48,767 nucleotides of DNA from Clostridia bacterium (GCA_029238945.1 JAQZBM010000001.1:1-48767); one strand, 5' to 3'; numbered from the stretch's first letter, positions 33,393-43,171 are shown. Notes: generated by a model from the letters alone, not told the origin. Translations and numbers: made by a program.

Positions 33393-34352
33393 GTGTTTAT
33401 CATTCGATATTTGATTGCAGCAGCAATTTCATATATTATTGCCAGATTCACAATCCCACTTTTGAAGATTGCAGCCTTGAAGATAGGCTTTGTTGACAAA
33501 CCTAATCCGAGGAAGATTCATAAAGAACCGACTCCGCTTATAGGAGGCTTAGGCATATTTATATCTTTCTTCTGTACATACAGCCTGTTGGTGGAGGACT
33601 TTGGCAGAGAGTTTTGGGCGATTTTCTCGGGAGCTATACTGATTATCATGGTTGGCATTTTGGATGACTGGTACAAGACTCACGGACGGGATTTCCCCGC
33701 GTTGCCCAAGCTTTTGATTCAGGTAATGGCTGCTTATGTAGTATTCCAGTCCGGCATCAGCTTCCAAGGCTTTACCAACCCTTTGACGCATCAGTATGTC
33801 CTACTGCCTGTAGGGCTTCAGCTAATATTAACAATACTGTGGATTTTCGGCGTTACCACCGTTATAAATTTTTCTGACGGAATAGACGGATTGGCGGGAG
33901 GCTTATCCTGTATTTCCGGAACCACCTTATTTATTGTTGCCTTGGCAAAGGGTCAGGTTTACTCGGCAATGCTGGCAATTATACTGATAGGTGCCGACCT
34001 AGGCTTCTTAAAGTACAATAGGCACCCGGCAAGCATTTTCGTAGGCGATTCCGGTGCTACCTTCCTGGGATTTATTCTCGCCGTCATCGCACTGGACGGA
34101 GCATTTAAGCAAGCTACTGTATTATCTCTTTTTATACCGGTGCTTGCTTTGGGAGTGCCAATTTTTGATAATATTTTTGTGGTGTATAAGCGCTTTACTG
34201 AGGGTAAGCCGATTTATAAGGCAGATACCAGCCAGGTGCATTTCAGGCTTTTAAGAGCAGGCTTGAATCAGAAGCAGGCGGTCTGGGTGCTTTACTTAGT
34301 AAATATCTGCTTCAGCCTGACATCGATAATAATATTGCTGCTGAACCAATAG
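33393..34352 (+). CDS. glycosyltransferase family 4 polyprenyl-phosphate sugar-1-P transferase (WecA/TagO/MraY family)
   Basis: NPRKIHKEPTPLIGGLGIF, ILDDWYK, NFSDGIDGLAGG, FVGDSGATFLGF, with about 10 TM segments. Confidence 0.85.
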   Translation: MFIIRYLIAAAISYIIARFTIPLLKIAALKIGFVDKPNPRKIHKEPTPLIGGLGIFISFFCTYSLLVEDFGREFWAIFSGAILIIMVGILDDWYKTHGRDFPALPKLLIQVMAAYVVFQSGISFQGFTNPLTHQYVLLPVGLQLILTILWIFGVTTVINFSDGIDGLAGGLSCISGTTLFIVALAKGQVYSAMLAIILIGADLGFLKYNRHPASIFVGDSGATFLGFILAVIALDGAFKQATVLSLFIPVLALGVPIFDNIFVVYKRFTEGKPIYKADTSQVHFRLLRAGLNQKQAVWVLYLVNICFSLTSIIILLLNQ

Positions 34353-34370
34353 GACTCCATATAAGACGGA

Positions 34371-34419
34371 AAAGCCCTTCCGATATCCTTGCATTGAAGG
34401 TATCGCAAGGGCTTTTTTT
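34371..34419 (+). terminator. rho-independent terminator
   Basis: aaagcccttccgata / tatcgcaagggcttt (one mismatch) followed by ttttttt. Confidence 0.8.
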
Positions 34420-34596
34420 ATAAAAATATATATTTTCATCTCCATATTGTCTCCACAATTATACCCTATAGTGGTATGCATAAGGCTGGACAGCAGGAAT
34501 GCACAGTAGATAAAAGCTAAAGCTATCTTTAAAAAATTCAAATACAGGAAAAAATAAAGATGAGATGTTTTGCATGATAAAGAATAATGAAAGGAG

Positions 34597-34839
34597 ATGC
34601 AGACTATGATGGGCTGGGGCTACTATGGACTTATGGGAGGTATGTTTGGAATGATGCTTATTCCTTTGGCTTTAATCGGGGTTACTATATATGCAATTAT
34701 AAAATTAACTGGAAATAACAACATGAGAGGTGGAAGGTCCTATGACAATTCATTGGAAATCCTCAACGAAAGATTTGTAAAAGGGGAAATTGATGAAGAG
34801 GAATACAAAAGAAAAAAGGAAATGCTGTTGAAAAGATAA
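34597..34839 (+). CDS. SHOCT-domain small membrane protein
   Basis: Gly/Met-rich N-terminus and a TM segment (MLIPLALIGVTIYAIIKL). C-terminal LEILNERFVKGEIDEEEYKRKKEMLL is the SHOCT motif. Confidence 0.75.
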   Translation: MQTMMGWGYYGLMGGMFGMMLIPLALIGVTIYAIIKLTGNNNMRGGRSYDNSLEILNERFVKGEIDEEEYKRKKEMLLKR

Positions 34840-34982
34840 CATTTTAGTACTCATATAATTCGAAATTGAAAACTCTTCTGATATTGTGATAATGATATGA
34901 GAAGAGTTGTTTTTATTAACAACTTGTACATCTCTTGAATAGAATGAATTGGGATATTATGTCCTAAAATGATATTTGAGAG

Positions 34983-35918
34983 GTGTTGAATGTGTTCACA
35001 ACAGATAATTTTATACAAAAGTCCCTAGAGCTAAACTTGTTCTTTTTAAGAATACAAAAGGAGCATGCGACATTTCTGGAAGCAGGCTTTACACCTGCTA
35101 ATGCTGATAGGGCAAGGCAAGCAGACGTGTTTAAAAACCAATACAACTTATTGTTAAGAGAGACTGTGGAAATATCTAATGGCTTGATTAGTCCCTCAGT
35201 TCTGCAATCAGGAGAGGTAGTTACACCCTTTACTTTAGATGCAGAAAGAGCAACACAGTTCTTTACAGGCATACCAATAGACACCGGTCTTACAGCGTTG
35301 GAATTAGCTCTGCAGCCAGGGGTTCATATCAAGGAATGTCCTGAATTAGAGTTCAGAGTTAGATCAATTAATGAAAGGGCAATCGAATTAACTAACAAAT
35401 TAATACAGTTTAAAGTCGCACTACTAAATGATGTTTTAAGCTGCAAGATTTTCACTGTAAATTATCCGCTTTTAATCGAACATATTTTGAGAGAAGCGCG
35501 CCTATTTGTTTTACTTCTGACAAGACTTCAAACTAATTCCGGGTCTATAGAAAATATTATAGAACAAGAAGCTTTTTGGAACAGAATAATGTCAGAACAT
35601 GCATTTTTCATCAGGGGACTTCTGGATCCTACAGAAGAAGAGCTTATAGCTGTTGCAAATAACTTCGGTATACAATTTAGAAGATTGTTTGAACAAGCTG
35701 AAGCTGCAAATTTAAGCACTATAGATATTACAAGCGTTACTCTGAATAGTCTGAAAGCAACCAGAGCTATTAGAGATTTCAAAGCGACCGGGACACAAGG
35801 CTTGCTAAATTGCAGTATTAAATCAATTATTCTGCCACTGCTGGGGGACCATGTTTTAAGAGAAGCAAATCATTATCTTAGATTGCTGGAGATGCAAAAA
35901 GGAACCATAATATATTAG
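34983..35918 (+). CDS. DUF2935-like helical protein (two internal repeats)
   Basis: LFFLRIQKEHATFLEAG and FWNRIMSEHAFFIRGLLDP are the two repeat signatures I associate with DUF2935. The start is ambiguous (GTG 34983, TTG 34986 or GTG 34992). Confidence 0.5.
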   Translation: MLNVFTTDNFIQKSLELNLFFLRIQKEHATFLEAGFTPANADRARQADVFKNQYNLLLRETVEISNGLISPSVLQSGEVVTPFTLDAERATQFFTGIPIDTGLTALELALQPGVHIKECPELEFRVRSINERAIELTNKLIQFKVALLNDVLSCKIFTVNYPLLIEHILREARLFVLLLTRLQTNSGSIENIIEQEAFWNRIMSEHAFFIRGLLDPTEEELIAVANNFGIQFRRLFEQAEAANLSTIDITSVTLNSLKATRAIRDFKATGTQGLLNCSIKSIILPLLGDHVLREANHYLRLLEMQKGTIIY

Positions 35919-35956
35919 CCATAGTGTAAAGCAAGACGCTTTATCTATTGTTGTTT

Positions 35957-35997
35957 AAAACGAAAGCGCTAAGAAATGTTCTTAGCGTTTTCGTTTT
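35957..35997. terminator. bidirectional terminator between convergent genes
   Basis: aaaacgaaagcgctaagaa / ttcttagcgttttcgtttt, a 19-bp stem with one mismatch and a 3-nt loop. A/T runs on both sides. Confidence 0.8.
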
Positions 35998-37252
35998 ATG
36001 ATGCAATTTCTAAAGACTCAGTCACTTTGCGTCTGCCTTCAACAAACCTTGTTACCATCATGGAGCACACGGTGTTGCCTGTGGAGTTTAAAAGAGTAGC
36101 AGGCGCATCGATAATTGTACTTATTACAGCTATTATAGGAAGAACCTCCGGCGGGAAGCCGTAAACACTTATAATAAGCATTTCTCCAATCATTCCGCCG
36201 CCGGGAATAGCCCCCATTACGGCGCCTACCAGAAAACCTGTAAAAATAATCGATAATACCGAGCTTATATCTGTCATGTTGTACCCAAACAGTCCAAATA
36301 AGAAAACAACCTTCAAAACTCCGCCTATTACCGAGCCATCCTTATGAGTATTTGCTCCAAGTGGAATTACGGTTTCTGCGATATCCATAGGAACGCCCAT
36401 TTTTCTGACATATTCAAGGTTGACAGGTATGCAGGCAGCGCTTGAACATGTTGCTAAGGCTGTTATAGATGGAGCTGCGGCATTTCTCCAGAAGGCTTTT
36501 ATGCCCTCCCTGCCTCCGGCTATGAAAGCATAAAGTGTAAATAGGCCGAAGTATACGATGACTGATAATATCAAATACAGCACAAAGGATTTCAAATAAC
36601 CCTGAAGTATCTGGGGTCCTAACTGTCCAACGATAGCTGCAAAATAGCATCCAAGACCTATGGGAGCATAATACATTATGATATCTACAAGCTTCATCAT
36701 CACATTGGCACCTGCATCCAGAAGCTTTGCCAGGGGCTGCGCCTTCTCCTTGACCATAGCGATTGCTGCGCCTAAGCCTACAGAGAATACTATCAGCTGA
36801 AGCATATTCTTTCTGGAGAATAGACTTACAAAGTCAGAAACTGTAAAGGTGTTCACAAGCTGTTTTAAAAGGCTGACCTGTTCTGTTTGAGCACCTTCTG
36901 AGGTACTTGTCATCAGTCCTCGAATAGCTGAAGCATCAATCCCCTGAGTAGGATTTATAATTAAGGCTCCAATAAAGCTTATTACAGCTGTCAGCAATGC
37001 GGTGCCGGTAAAGATTATGAAAACTGTCAGCATGATTTTCCCAAGTCTTTTCATGCTAACCATATTGCCGATGGCAGAAGTAACGCTGAAGAATACTAAT
37101 GGAACAATTATCATAAACATTAAATTTAGGAAGAGGTCTCCCAAGGGTTCAACCACAGCTGCCTTTGGACCGGCAACAGCTCCGATTAAACCGCCTATAG
37201 CTACGGAAGCAAGCAGAACTGCCGATGATTTATATGCTCTCAAAAACTTCAT
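35996..37252 (-). CDS. dicarboxylate/amino acid:cation symporter (DAACS / sodium:dicarboxylate symporter family)
   Basis: CSSAACIPVN, PLGANTHKDGS, GAIPGGGMIGE, with a polytopic topology typical of the GltP/SstT family. Confidence 0.85.
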   Translation of the reverse strand: MKFLRAYKSSAVLLASVAIGGLIGAVAGPKAAVVEPLGDLFLNLMFMIIVPLVFFSVTSAIGNMVSMKRLGKIMLTVFIIFTGTALLTAVISFIGALIINPTQGIDASAIRGLMTSTSEGAQTEQVSLLKQLVNTFTVSDFVSLFSRKNMLQLIVFSVGLGAAIAMVKEKAQPLAKLLDAGANVMMKLVDIIMYYAPIGLGCYFAAIVGQLGPQILQGYLKSFVLYLILSVIVYFGLFTLYAFIAGGREGIKAFWRNAAAPSITALATCSSAACIPVNLEYVRKMGVPMDIAETVIPLGANTHKDGSVIGGVLKVVFLFGLFGYNMTDISSVLSIIFTGFLVGAVMGAIPGGGMIGEMLIISVYGFPPEVLPIIAVISTIIDAPATLLNSTGNTVCSMMVTRFVEGRRKVTESLEIAS

Positions 37253-37339
37253 TTACATACCTCCAATGTATTTTTATAACATTATACCTTAACTAAATGC
37301 AAATTAAATTGCTAATAATGGCTAATAGGTTGCAAAAAG

Positions 37340-37348
37340 TGCTATAAT
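37340..37348 (+). promoter_or_regulatory. possible extended -10 promoter element for the AraC-family gene
   Basis: TGcTATAAT at 37340-37348, about 30 nt upstream of the coding start. Confidence 0.3.
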
Positions 37349-37375
37349 GATAATATAGATGTTTTCTACAGGGAG

Positions 37376-38311
37376 GTGCAATTGATTTTGGAAGAAAGTG
37401 CTTTATCGAAGATTAAGAAGGGTTATCTGAATGAGGACTTCAGATTCTTTCATTTAAAGGATAAGAAGGCCGAAGAGCATACCTTTCACTACCACGACTT
37501 CAATAAGATAGTAATTTTCCTCTCAGGTAATGTAACCTATGTAATAGAAGGGAAGTATTATAAGCTGAGACCTTGGGACATTCTTTTTGTCAGCAGCAAT
37601 GAGCTTCATAAACCTAATATAGATCCAAATGAGTATTATGAAAGAATAATCATTTGGGTGAACTCAAATTTTCTGACAGGCCACAGTACCGAGGATAGTA
37701 ACCTGCTTACCTGTTTTGAGGTGACGCAAAAGGAAAAGCTTAATCTGTTTCGTATGGACTCAGAACATTTGAATGTTATCAAAGATACTCTGTTTTCCTT
37801 GGAAAAAGAAATTAAGGCAAAGGAGTTTGGGGGCAAGACGCTGCAAAACTCGATTTTCCTTCAGCTCATAGTATATCTGAACAGATTGATACTTAGAACA
37901 AAGACTAAGAAGAATGAGAAAGACATCCAATACGATGAAAGAATAGTGAACATGCTGTCGTATATCAATGAAAACCTGGACAGTGATTTATCAATAAACA
38001 GCATTGCGGCAAGGTTCTACATAAACAGATACTATCTCATGCACAATTTCAAAGACCAAACAGGCTATACGCTGCATAACTACATACTTCAAAAAAGACT
38101 TGCCAAAGCAGCAATGCTGATAAAGAAAGGACTGCAGATTTCATATGCAGCAGATCAGTGCGGCTTTCAGGACTATTCCAGCTTTGTAAGAGCCTTCAAG
38201 AAGTCCTTCGGCTTACCCCCGAAGCAGTACTACAAAGCCATACAGTCGATACAGCATTCTTATGGAGAGCATATCCCTGATGAGAAGGACGTCTACCCTT
38301 ATAGAGAGTAA
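37376..38311 (+). CDS. AraC-family transcriptional regulator (cupin sensor + HTH)
   Basis: N-terminal cupin HYHDFNKIVIFLSGNVTYVIEG. C-terminal HTH IAARFYINRYYLMHNFK ... AADQCGFQDYSSFVRAFKKSFGLPPKQY. In-frame TTG 37382 after GGGAGG is the likelier start. Confidence 0.85.
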   Translation: MQLILEESALSKIKKGYLNEDFRFFHLKDKKAEEHTFHYHDFNKIVIFLSGNVTYVIEGKYYKLRPWDILFVSSNELHKPNIDPNEYYERIIIWVNSNFLTGHSTEDSNLLTCFEVTQKEKLNLFRMDSEHLNVIKDTLFSLEKEIKAKEFGGKTLQNSIFLQLIVYLNRLILRTKTKKNEKDIQYDERIVNMLSYINENLDSDLSINSIAARFYINRYYLMHNFKDQTGYTLHNYILQKRLAKAAMLIKKGLQISYAADQCGFQDYSSFVRAFKKSFGLPPKQYYKAIQSIQHSYGEHIPDEKDVYPYRE

Positions 38312-38318
38312 GAGCGAA

Positions 38319-39437
38319 TTATTTCTCTATGGAATCTTCAATCATAGATATAATTTGGTAAGCGTCGTTATAGTGCTTTTGTATAAACATGGCACTTCTT
38401 TTTTTGAAAAGCTTATGTGCCAGTTTATCGGCAATAGGCAGCAGCAGTCGTTCATGGGCGCACAGAACAGGGGAGACTTCATTTATAGAGCCTGTAGTCT
38501 GTTTGTTCAGGCAGCCGCAGTAGTGGTTGCAGCGGCTGCGTATTGTACAGCCTAGGCAGCTGACTTTCTCTCCATGACTGGCTTGCGACAAGGCAGCTTG
38601 CTTGTGGGAGTCTATACCGGTATCTATATGACCTATGAGGTATTCCTTATCTCCGACAAACTGCACACAGGGATAGATAGAGCCGTCCGGTGCCACAGAA
38701 ACCTGGTTTTTACCAAGCTCACACCGCTGGCTGCAATAGTCTTCTCCCTTGATGTGGGAATCAATCTTGGTCTCAAAGGGCTCAAGATAGAACTTATCTT
38801 CCTTAAGCGTCCTTTTGTAGTAGAAATCAGCAGTTTTCTTATATTCCACTCTCAATACATCCAAGGCATCCTGTGTCCAGCCGGCCTTAAAATTCAGTGA
38901 AGTGATGATGTATTTGAAGCCGCTGTCATAAAGATGCTTTACAGAAGCTGCATAATACTTGGCGGTTTCAGGATTTACCACCATCATGACCGGAGCGTAG
39001 GGATGGCTTGTCAGCAGAAGCTTTATCTTGTCAGTAAGACAGTCAAAGGTTCCATTTCCTGCGGCGTCTACTCTGTTTTGGTCATGGGCTTCCCTTATAC
39101 CGTCATGGCTGAAGGCCACATATATATGGTGAAGCTTAGTAAAATCAATAAACCTCTGGTCCAGAAGCATACCGTTTGTAACCACCTTGAAATGAAAACG
39201 GCAGCCTTTCGTTCTCTCTAAGGCTCTTGCGTACTCAACGACTTTGTAAATGATATCCTTGCAAAGCAAAGGCTCACCTCCGAAGAAAACAATACCCGTT
39301 GAGCCGCCCTCCATGGCACCGGTATCTATAACCTTCCTAGCTGTATCCAGGCTCATAGTGCTTTTGGTTTCTTTATTCACATAGCAGTATTTACATGATA
39401 GGTTGCAGTTGTTTGTCAGATGCAAAGTATAATGCAA
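38319..39437 (-). CDS. radical SAM / SPASM-domain enzyme (anSME-like size and layout)
   Basis: LHLTNNCNLSCKYCYV (CX3CX2C), FFGGEPLL. C-terminal CSQRCELG...APDGSIYPCVQF...CLGCTIRSRCNHYCGCLN. Confidence 0.85.
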   Translation of the reverse strand: MHYTLHLTNNCNLSCKYCYVNKETKSTMSLDTARKVIDTGAMEGGSTGIVFFGGEPLLCKDIIYKVVEYARALERTKGCRFHFKVVTNGMLLDQRFIDFTKLHHIYVAFSHDGIREAHDQNRVDAAGNGTFDCLTDKIKLLLTSHPYAPVMMVVNPETAKYYAASVKHLYDSGFKYIITSLNFKAGWTQDALDVLRVEYKKTADFYYKRTLKEDKFYLEPFETKIDSHIKGEDYCSQRCELGKNQVSVAPDGSIYPCVQFVGDKEYLIGHIDTGIDSHKQAALSQASHGEKVSCLGCTIRSRCNHYCGCLNKQTTGSINEVSPVLCAHERLLLPIADKLAHKLFKKRSAMFIQKHYNDAYQIISMIEDSIEK

Positions 39438-39449
39438 GCTCTCATCCCC

Positions 39450-40106
39450 CTAAATCACACCTTCTGATTTCAGCCATTCCATAAAGCTTTCGACCTGCTC
39501 CTGCAGCTCCGCCTTGGTGTCTGCTATGTCAGGATATGAAGCGCTGTAGAAGGTTTGGAAATAGATTTTTTCATCCAGATACCCTAAGGCCTCCTCCAGC
39601 TCCTCCTTATAGTCAGCGTCCGTGAAGTAAAGGATTTCATCCTCAGTCAGGCCTTCTATATTCTTTGCAAGACTTTGGACGTCATCTGACGAAGCAAACT
39701 CAAAGCCTATTTTTTTCTCCTTATCATAGCCGTCCAGCTCTATATCTTGAGTATGTTCAACAATAGCCGAAGCTTCTGAAGTGTTTCTGTCAATATAGAA
39801 CTTGACATCCTGCAGCTCCAGCCCTGTCTTGTCAAATTCCACACCATATTTCTCAGCCTCTTCAATAATAATGCTGCAGGCTTCTTCCTCTGTCAAATAA
39901 GCAGGTGGTGCAGGAACGCCTGCAGTTGCTTGCTGCTGGCAGCCTGATAAAAGCAGGACAACAACGGAAGAAAAAGCGAAGCCGGCATATACCTTGCCTT
40001 TCCAACGCTGAGGCAGAGTTTTCAGTATATCAGGATTTTCAAGCACCACTCTTTTGTCGGGATAATCGGGAGACCTATAGCTTCTTACCGGTTCAATTTT
40101 TAACAT
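39450..40106 (-). CDS. membrane-anchored or lipoprotein-like acidic protein, unknown function
   Basis: ATG 40106 lies 7 nt after AAGGAGGTG. TM/lipobox-like AFSSVVVLLLSGC after a ~38-aa N-terminal region, then an Asp/Glu-rich domain. 12 nt upstream of the rSAM/SPASM gene. Confidence 0.55.
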   Translation of the reverse strand: MLKIEPVRSYRSPDYPDKRVVLENPDILKTLPQRWKGKVYAGFAFSSVVVLLLSGCQQQATAGVPAPPAYLTEEEACSIIIEEAEKYGVEFDKTGLELQDVKFYIDRNTSEASAIVEHTQDIELDGYDKEKKIGFEFASSDDVQSLAKNIEGLTEDEILYFTDADYKEELEEALGYLDEKIYFQTFYSASYPDIADTKAELQEQVESFMEWLKSEGVI

Positions 40107-40301
40107 AAGTTTACACCTCCTTAAGTTAATTATATACAATATGTGGAATATGGTACAGTGTTTGTTATTACTATATAGGTAATTGGATTTGCAAATAAAA
40201 CCATGAGCACCCTATACATGAGGAAAGGAAAATTCATTGAAAAATATACAATATTTGGATATAATAGGTAAAGAGTGATAAAAAATATAAGGAGGTATAA
40301 A

Positions 40302-41315
40302 ATGAAAAAGGTTAGAGGATTTAGTTTTCTGTGTGTAACACTTAGTTTACTTCTACTTATGACTTCAAGCGTATTCGCAGTTTCGGAAGCACCAAAGGCG
40401 GGAGATAATGGAATTGAGCTGGTAGAGTCAGTGAAGGCTCTCAATAATACAACTGTAGAAGTGGTATTCGCAGGTGAGGTAAAGGATAAGAAAGTAGATT
40501 TTGCAATCAATGAGATGTATGGAGCTAAAAAAGCCTTGGAAATTATCAATGTCAGCTTCTCTGAGGATAACAGAATCGCCACAATCACAACAGGAAGCCA
40601 AAAGGCGGCGGCGTTATATAGGATATCTATAAAAGCTATACATATAAAGCATTTAGGCAAAATTGATGAAATATCCAAGCTGTTTGCAGGAAGAGGAATT
40701 ACGCCGGAACCGTCTCCTGTAAGCATAGTCTATGCAATAGCTGTAAATGGTACTCGGGTTGATGTTGCATTTGACATGGAGGTGGATTTTGCAAATGCAA
40801 AATTCAATATAATAAATTCGGACGGAACACAGGCTCTGGGAGTAACCGGGTATAGTATAGGCTCAGACAGGATGACAGTATCAATCTATACTACACCTCA
40901 GCAAGCAGGTAGAATCTATATGCTAAGAGTAACGGATATTAAAACCTTGGACGGACGGGTCTCTGGTACTCTAGATCAAATATTTGCAGGTGTCGGCACC
41001 CCTATGCCATCATTAGAGATAAGCTCTGCTATTGCTGTAAATAACACAAGAGTAGATGTTATGTTTAATATAGAAGTGGATTTATCAAGTGCGAGCATCA
41101 CTTTTACTGATATGACGGGGATACATCAAACGCTTACAGTTACAGGCTATGAGGTAAGTGAAGATAAAAAGACAGCAGCAATCTACACATCGCCTCAAAG
41201 TGCCGGAATGCTGTACAAGGTAGTAATATCGGGAGCTAAAACTATGGATGGAAATACAGCAAACGACTGCAGCAGATTATTTGCAGGTTCAGGACTGGCG
41301 CCTGATCAGCTATAA
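40302..41315 (+). CDS. secreted protein with three ~100-aa Ig-like repeats
   Basis: Signal peptide MKKVRGFSFLCVTLSLLLLMTSSVFA. Repeats ALNNTTVEVVF / AIAVNGTRVDVAFDMEVDF...IFAGVG / AIAVNNTRVDVMFNIEVDL...LFAGSG. AAGGAGG RBS before ATG 40302. Confidence 0.7.
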   Translation: MKKVRGFSFLCVTLSLLLLMTSSVFAVSEAPKAGDNGIELVESVKALNNTTVEVVFAGEVKDKKVDFAINEMYGAKKALEIINVSFSEDNRIATITTGSQKAAALYRISIKAIHIKHLGKIDEISKLFAGRGITPEPSPVSIVYAIAVNGTRVDVAFDMEVDFANAKFNIINSDGTQALGVTGYSIGSDRMTVSIYTTPQQAGRIYMLRVTDIKTLDGRVSGTLDQIFAGVGTPMPSLEISSAIAVNNTRVDVMFNIEVDLSSASITFTDMTGIHQTLTVTGYEVSEDKKTAAIYTSPQSAGMLYKVVISGAKTMDGNTANDCSRLFAGSGLAPDQL

Positions 41316-41402
41316 GCCTTTAAGATATCGGACATAATATTGTGAAAGTAAGCCCATCTGGCAATAAATGATATAAACAACGCGCTTAAGGAGGGAAGAA
41401 AA

Positions 41403-41852
41403 ATGACTAATGTAGAGAGCTTTACACTGGACCATACAAAGGTAAAGGCGCCTTTTGTAAGAAAAGCAGGAGTGGAGGAGAGAAGCGGAGTCAGAGTTAC
41501 AAAATTTGACTTAAGGTTCCTTCAGCCAAACAAGGAGGAAATGCCTACCGGAGCGGTTCATACACTGGAGCATTTCGTTGCAGGCTTTATGAGAGATAAG
41601 CTGGATGGGGTCATTGATATATCTCCAATGGGCTGCAGAACAGGCTTCTATATGGTTACCTGGGGTGAGCCTGCCGTGAAGGATGTTATAGAGGCATTGA
41701 ATTACTCCTTGGAGAAGGTGCTGGAACAGGAGGAAGTGCCTGCTGCAAACAAACTGCAGTGCGGCAACTATAGAGACCACTCTCTGGAAGATGCAAAGAA
41801 ATATGCAAGACAAATACTTAATAAGGGAATAAGTGATAAAATATACGGATAA
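41403..41852 (+). CDS. luxS: S-ribosylhomocysteine lyase
   Basis: FTLDHTKVKAPFVR, metal site HTLEHFVAGFMRD, SPMGCRTGFYM; about 150 aa. Confidence 0.95.
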   Translation: MTNVESFTLDHTKVKAPFVRKAGVEERSGVRVTKFDLRFLQPNKEEMPTGAVHTLEHFVAGFMRDKLDGVIDISPMGCRTGFYMVTWGEPAVKDVIEALNYSLEKVLEQEEVPAANKLQCGNYRDHSLEDAKKYARQILNKGISDKIYG

Positions 41853-41853
41853 T

Positions 41854-41881
41854 GGGACATAGGGGACAGGTTCCTTGCCCC
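41854..41881 (-). repeat. 27-28-nt hairpin repeat, copy A (inverted orientation)
   Basis: Reverse complement ggggcaaggaacctgtcccctatgtccc shares the core caaggaacctgtcccct with copies B and C. It lies directly after the luxS stop. Confidence 0.7.
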
Positions 41882-41916
41882 AAACTATCCTATAAATTGC
41901 CATATTGATTTTTCAA

Positions 41917-41964
41917 ATAGCAAGAGTATAAAGCTATGCAGCTCTACACTCTTGCTATTTATTT
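41917..41964 (+). terminator. rho-independent terminator after luxS
   Basis: aatagcaagagtata / tacactcttgctatt (one mismatch), then tttattt. Confidence 0.7.
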
Positions 41965-42040
41965 GCATTAATATAAAATAATAAGTATATGGCTAATTTT
42001 GTTAAAGCATGATTTTTTATAGTTATCTGGAGGTTTCTAT

Positions 42041-43099
42041 ATGATGCAAAGTAGAAGAAGTTACATAGCAGTTGGTCAGGCTGTACTGGCAGCTGCACTT
42101 TTTGGGATGAATGCTCCGTTTTCGAAGCTTCTGCTTATTGAGCTTCCGCCACGCTTTCTATCAGCGTTACTGTATCTTGGCGCAGGTATCGGAATGCTTA
42201 TTGTTGACGGAATCAGAAAGCTTTCAAAACTGGATAGTGTGGAGGCTAGACTTACAAAGCAGGAGCTGCCTTTTGTAGTTTTAATGGTACTGCTCGACGT
42301 AGCTGCACCAATTTCTCTAATGGTAGGATTGACAAAAACAAATGCTGCAAATGCAGCTTTGCTTAATAACTTCGAAATTGTTGCAACCTCAATAATCGCT
42401 CTCGTAATTTTCAAGGAAGCCATAGGGAAAAGGCTGTGGTTATCTATTATGCTGATAACGATATCAAGCATATTGCTTACTGTCAGTGATATCAGCAGTC
42501 TTGATTTCTCAGCAGGTTCGTTATTTGTACTGCTTGCCTGCGTGTTCTGGGGTTTGGAGAATAACTGCACCAGGAAGCTCTCTATAAAGGATCCTTTGCA
42601 GGTGGTTATTATTAAAGGTGTGGGATCAGGACTATGTGCTTTGGTAATAGCTGCAGCATACAAAGAAGTTACACCCAACATCACCTATATTATATTGGCG
42701 CTTTTACTTGGATTTTTCGCCTATGGCATGAGCATATTCTTCTATGTCACTGCACAACGGGATCTGGGAGCAGCTAGAACCAGTGCATACTATGCCATCG
42801 CACCATTTATAGGTGTTGGAATTTCATACATAGCTTTTGCTGAACCAATAACAATTTTCTTTACTGCTGCCTTGGTTATAATGATTGCAGGAACTTATTT
42901 TGCAGTGGCAGAAAACCATTTACATAAGCATTATCACCAAAGTATGGAGCATGAGCACCGACATAACCACTCTGACGGACACCATAACCATATCCATGAG
43001 CCTCTTTTTACAGGCGAGCACAGCCATGCTCATATACACGAGGAAATTGTTCATACCCATGAGCATAAACCGGATTTACATCATATACATGAGCACTAG
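42041..43099 (+). CDS. EamA/DMT-family transporter with His-rich C-terminal tail
   Basis: Ten-TM layout with two EamA-like halves. The last ~60 aa read HLHKHYHQSMEHEHRHNHSDGHHNHIHEPLFTGEHSHAHIHEEIVHTHEHKPDLHHIHEH. Confidence 0.8.
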   Translation: MMQSRRSYIAVGQAVLAAALFGMNAPFSKLLLIELPPRFLSALLYLGAGIGMLIVDGIRKLSKLDSVEARLTKQELPFVVLMVLLDVAAPISLMVGLTKTNAANAALLNNFEIVATSIIALVIFKEAIGKRLWLSIMLITISSILLTVSDISSLDFSAGSLFVLLACVFWGLENNCTRKLSIKDPLQVVIIKGVGSGLCALVIAAAYKEVTPNITYIILALLLGFFAYGMSIFFYVTAQRDLGAARTSAYYAIAPFIGVGISYIAFAEPITIFFTAALVIMIAGTYFAVAENHLHKHYHQSMEHEHRHNHSDGHHNHIHEPLFTGEHSHAHIHEEIVHTHEHKPDLHHIHEH

Positions 43100-43129
43100 C
43101 ATTATTTATGGAATATTTTAGGATGAGTT

Positions 43130-43156
43130 GGGACAAGGAACCTGTCCCCTTGTCCC
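43130..43156 (+). repeat. 27-nt hairpin repeat, copy B
   Basis: gggacaagg aacctgtcc ccttgtccc, a 9-bp perfect stem with a 9-nt loop. Confidence 0.7.
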
Positions 43157-43171
43157 GGAGGAGGACGTAAG

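Noticed and set aside
40130-40726. 198-aa minus-strand ORF
   Set aside because: It overlaps the divergent promoter region and the signal-peptide-bearing Ig-like repeat gene on the plus strand. The sequence is compositionally odd, with no RBS.
42076-42684. 202-aa minus-strand ORF
   Set aside because: Antisense to the EamA transporter, whose TM periodicity supports the plus frame.
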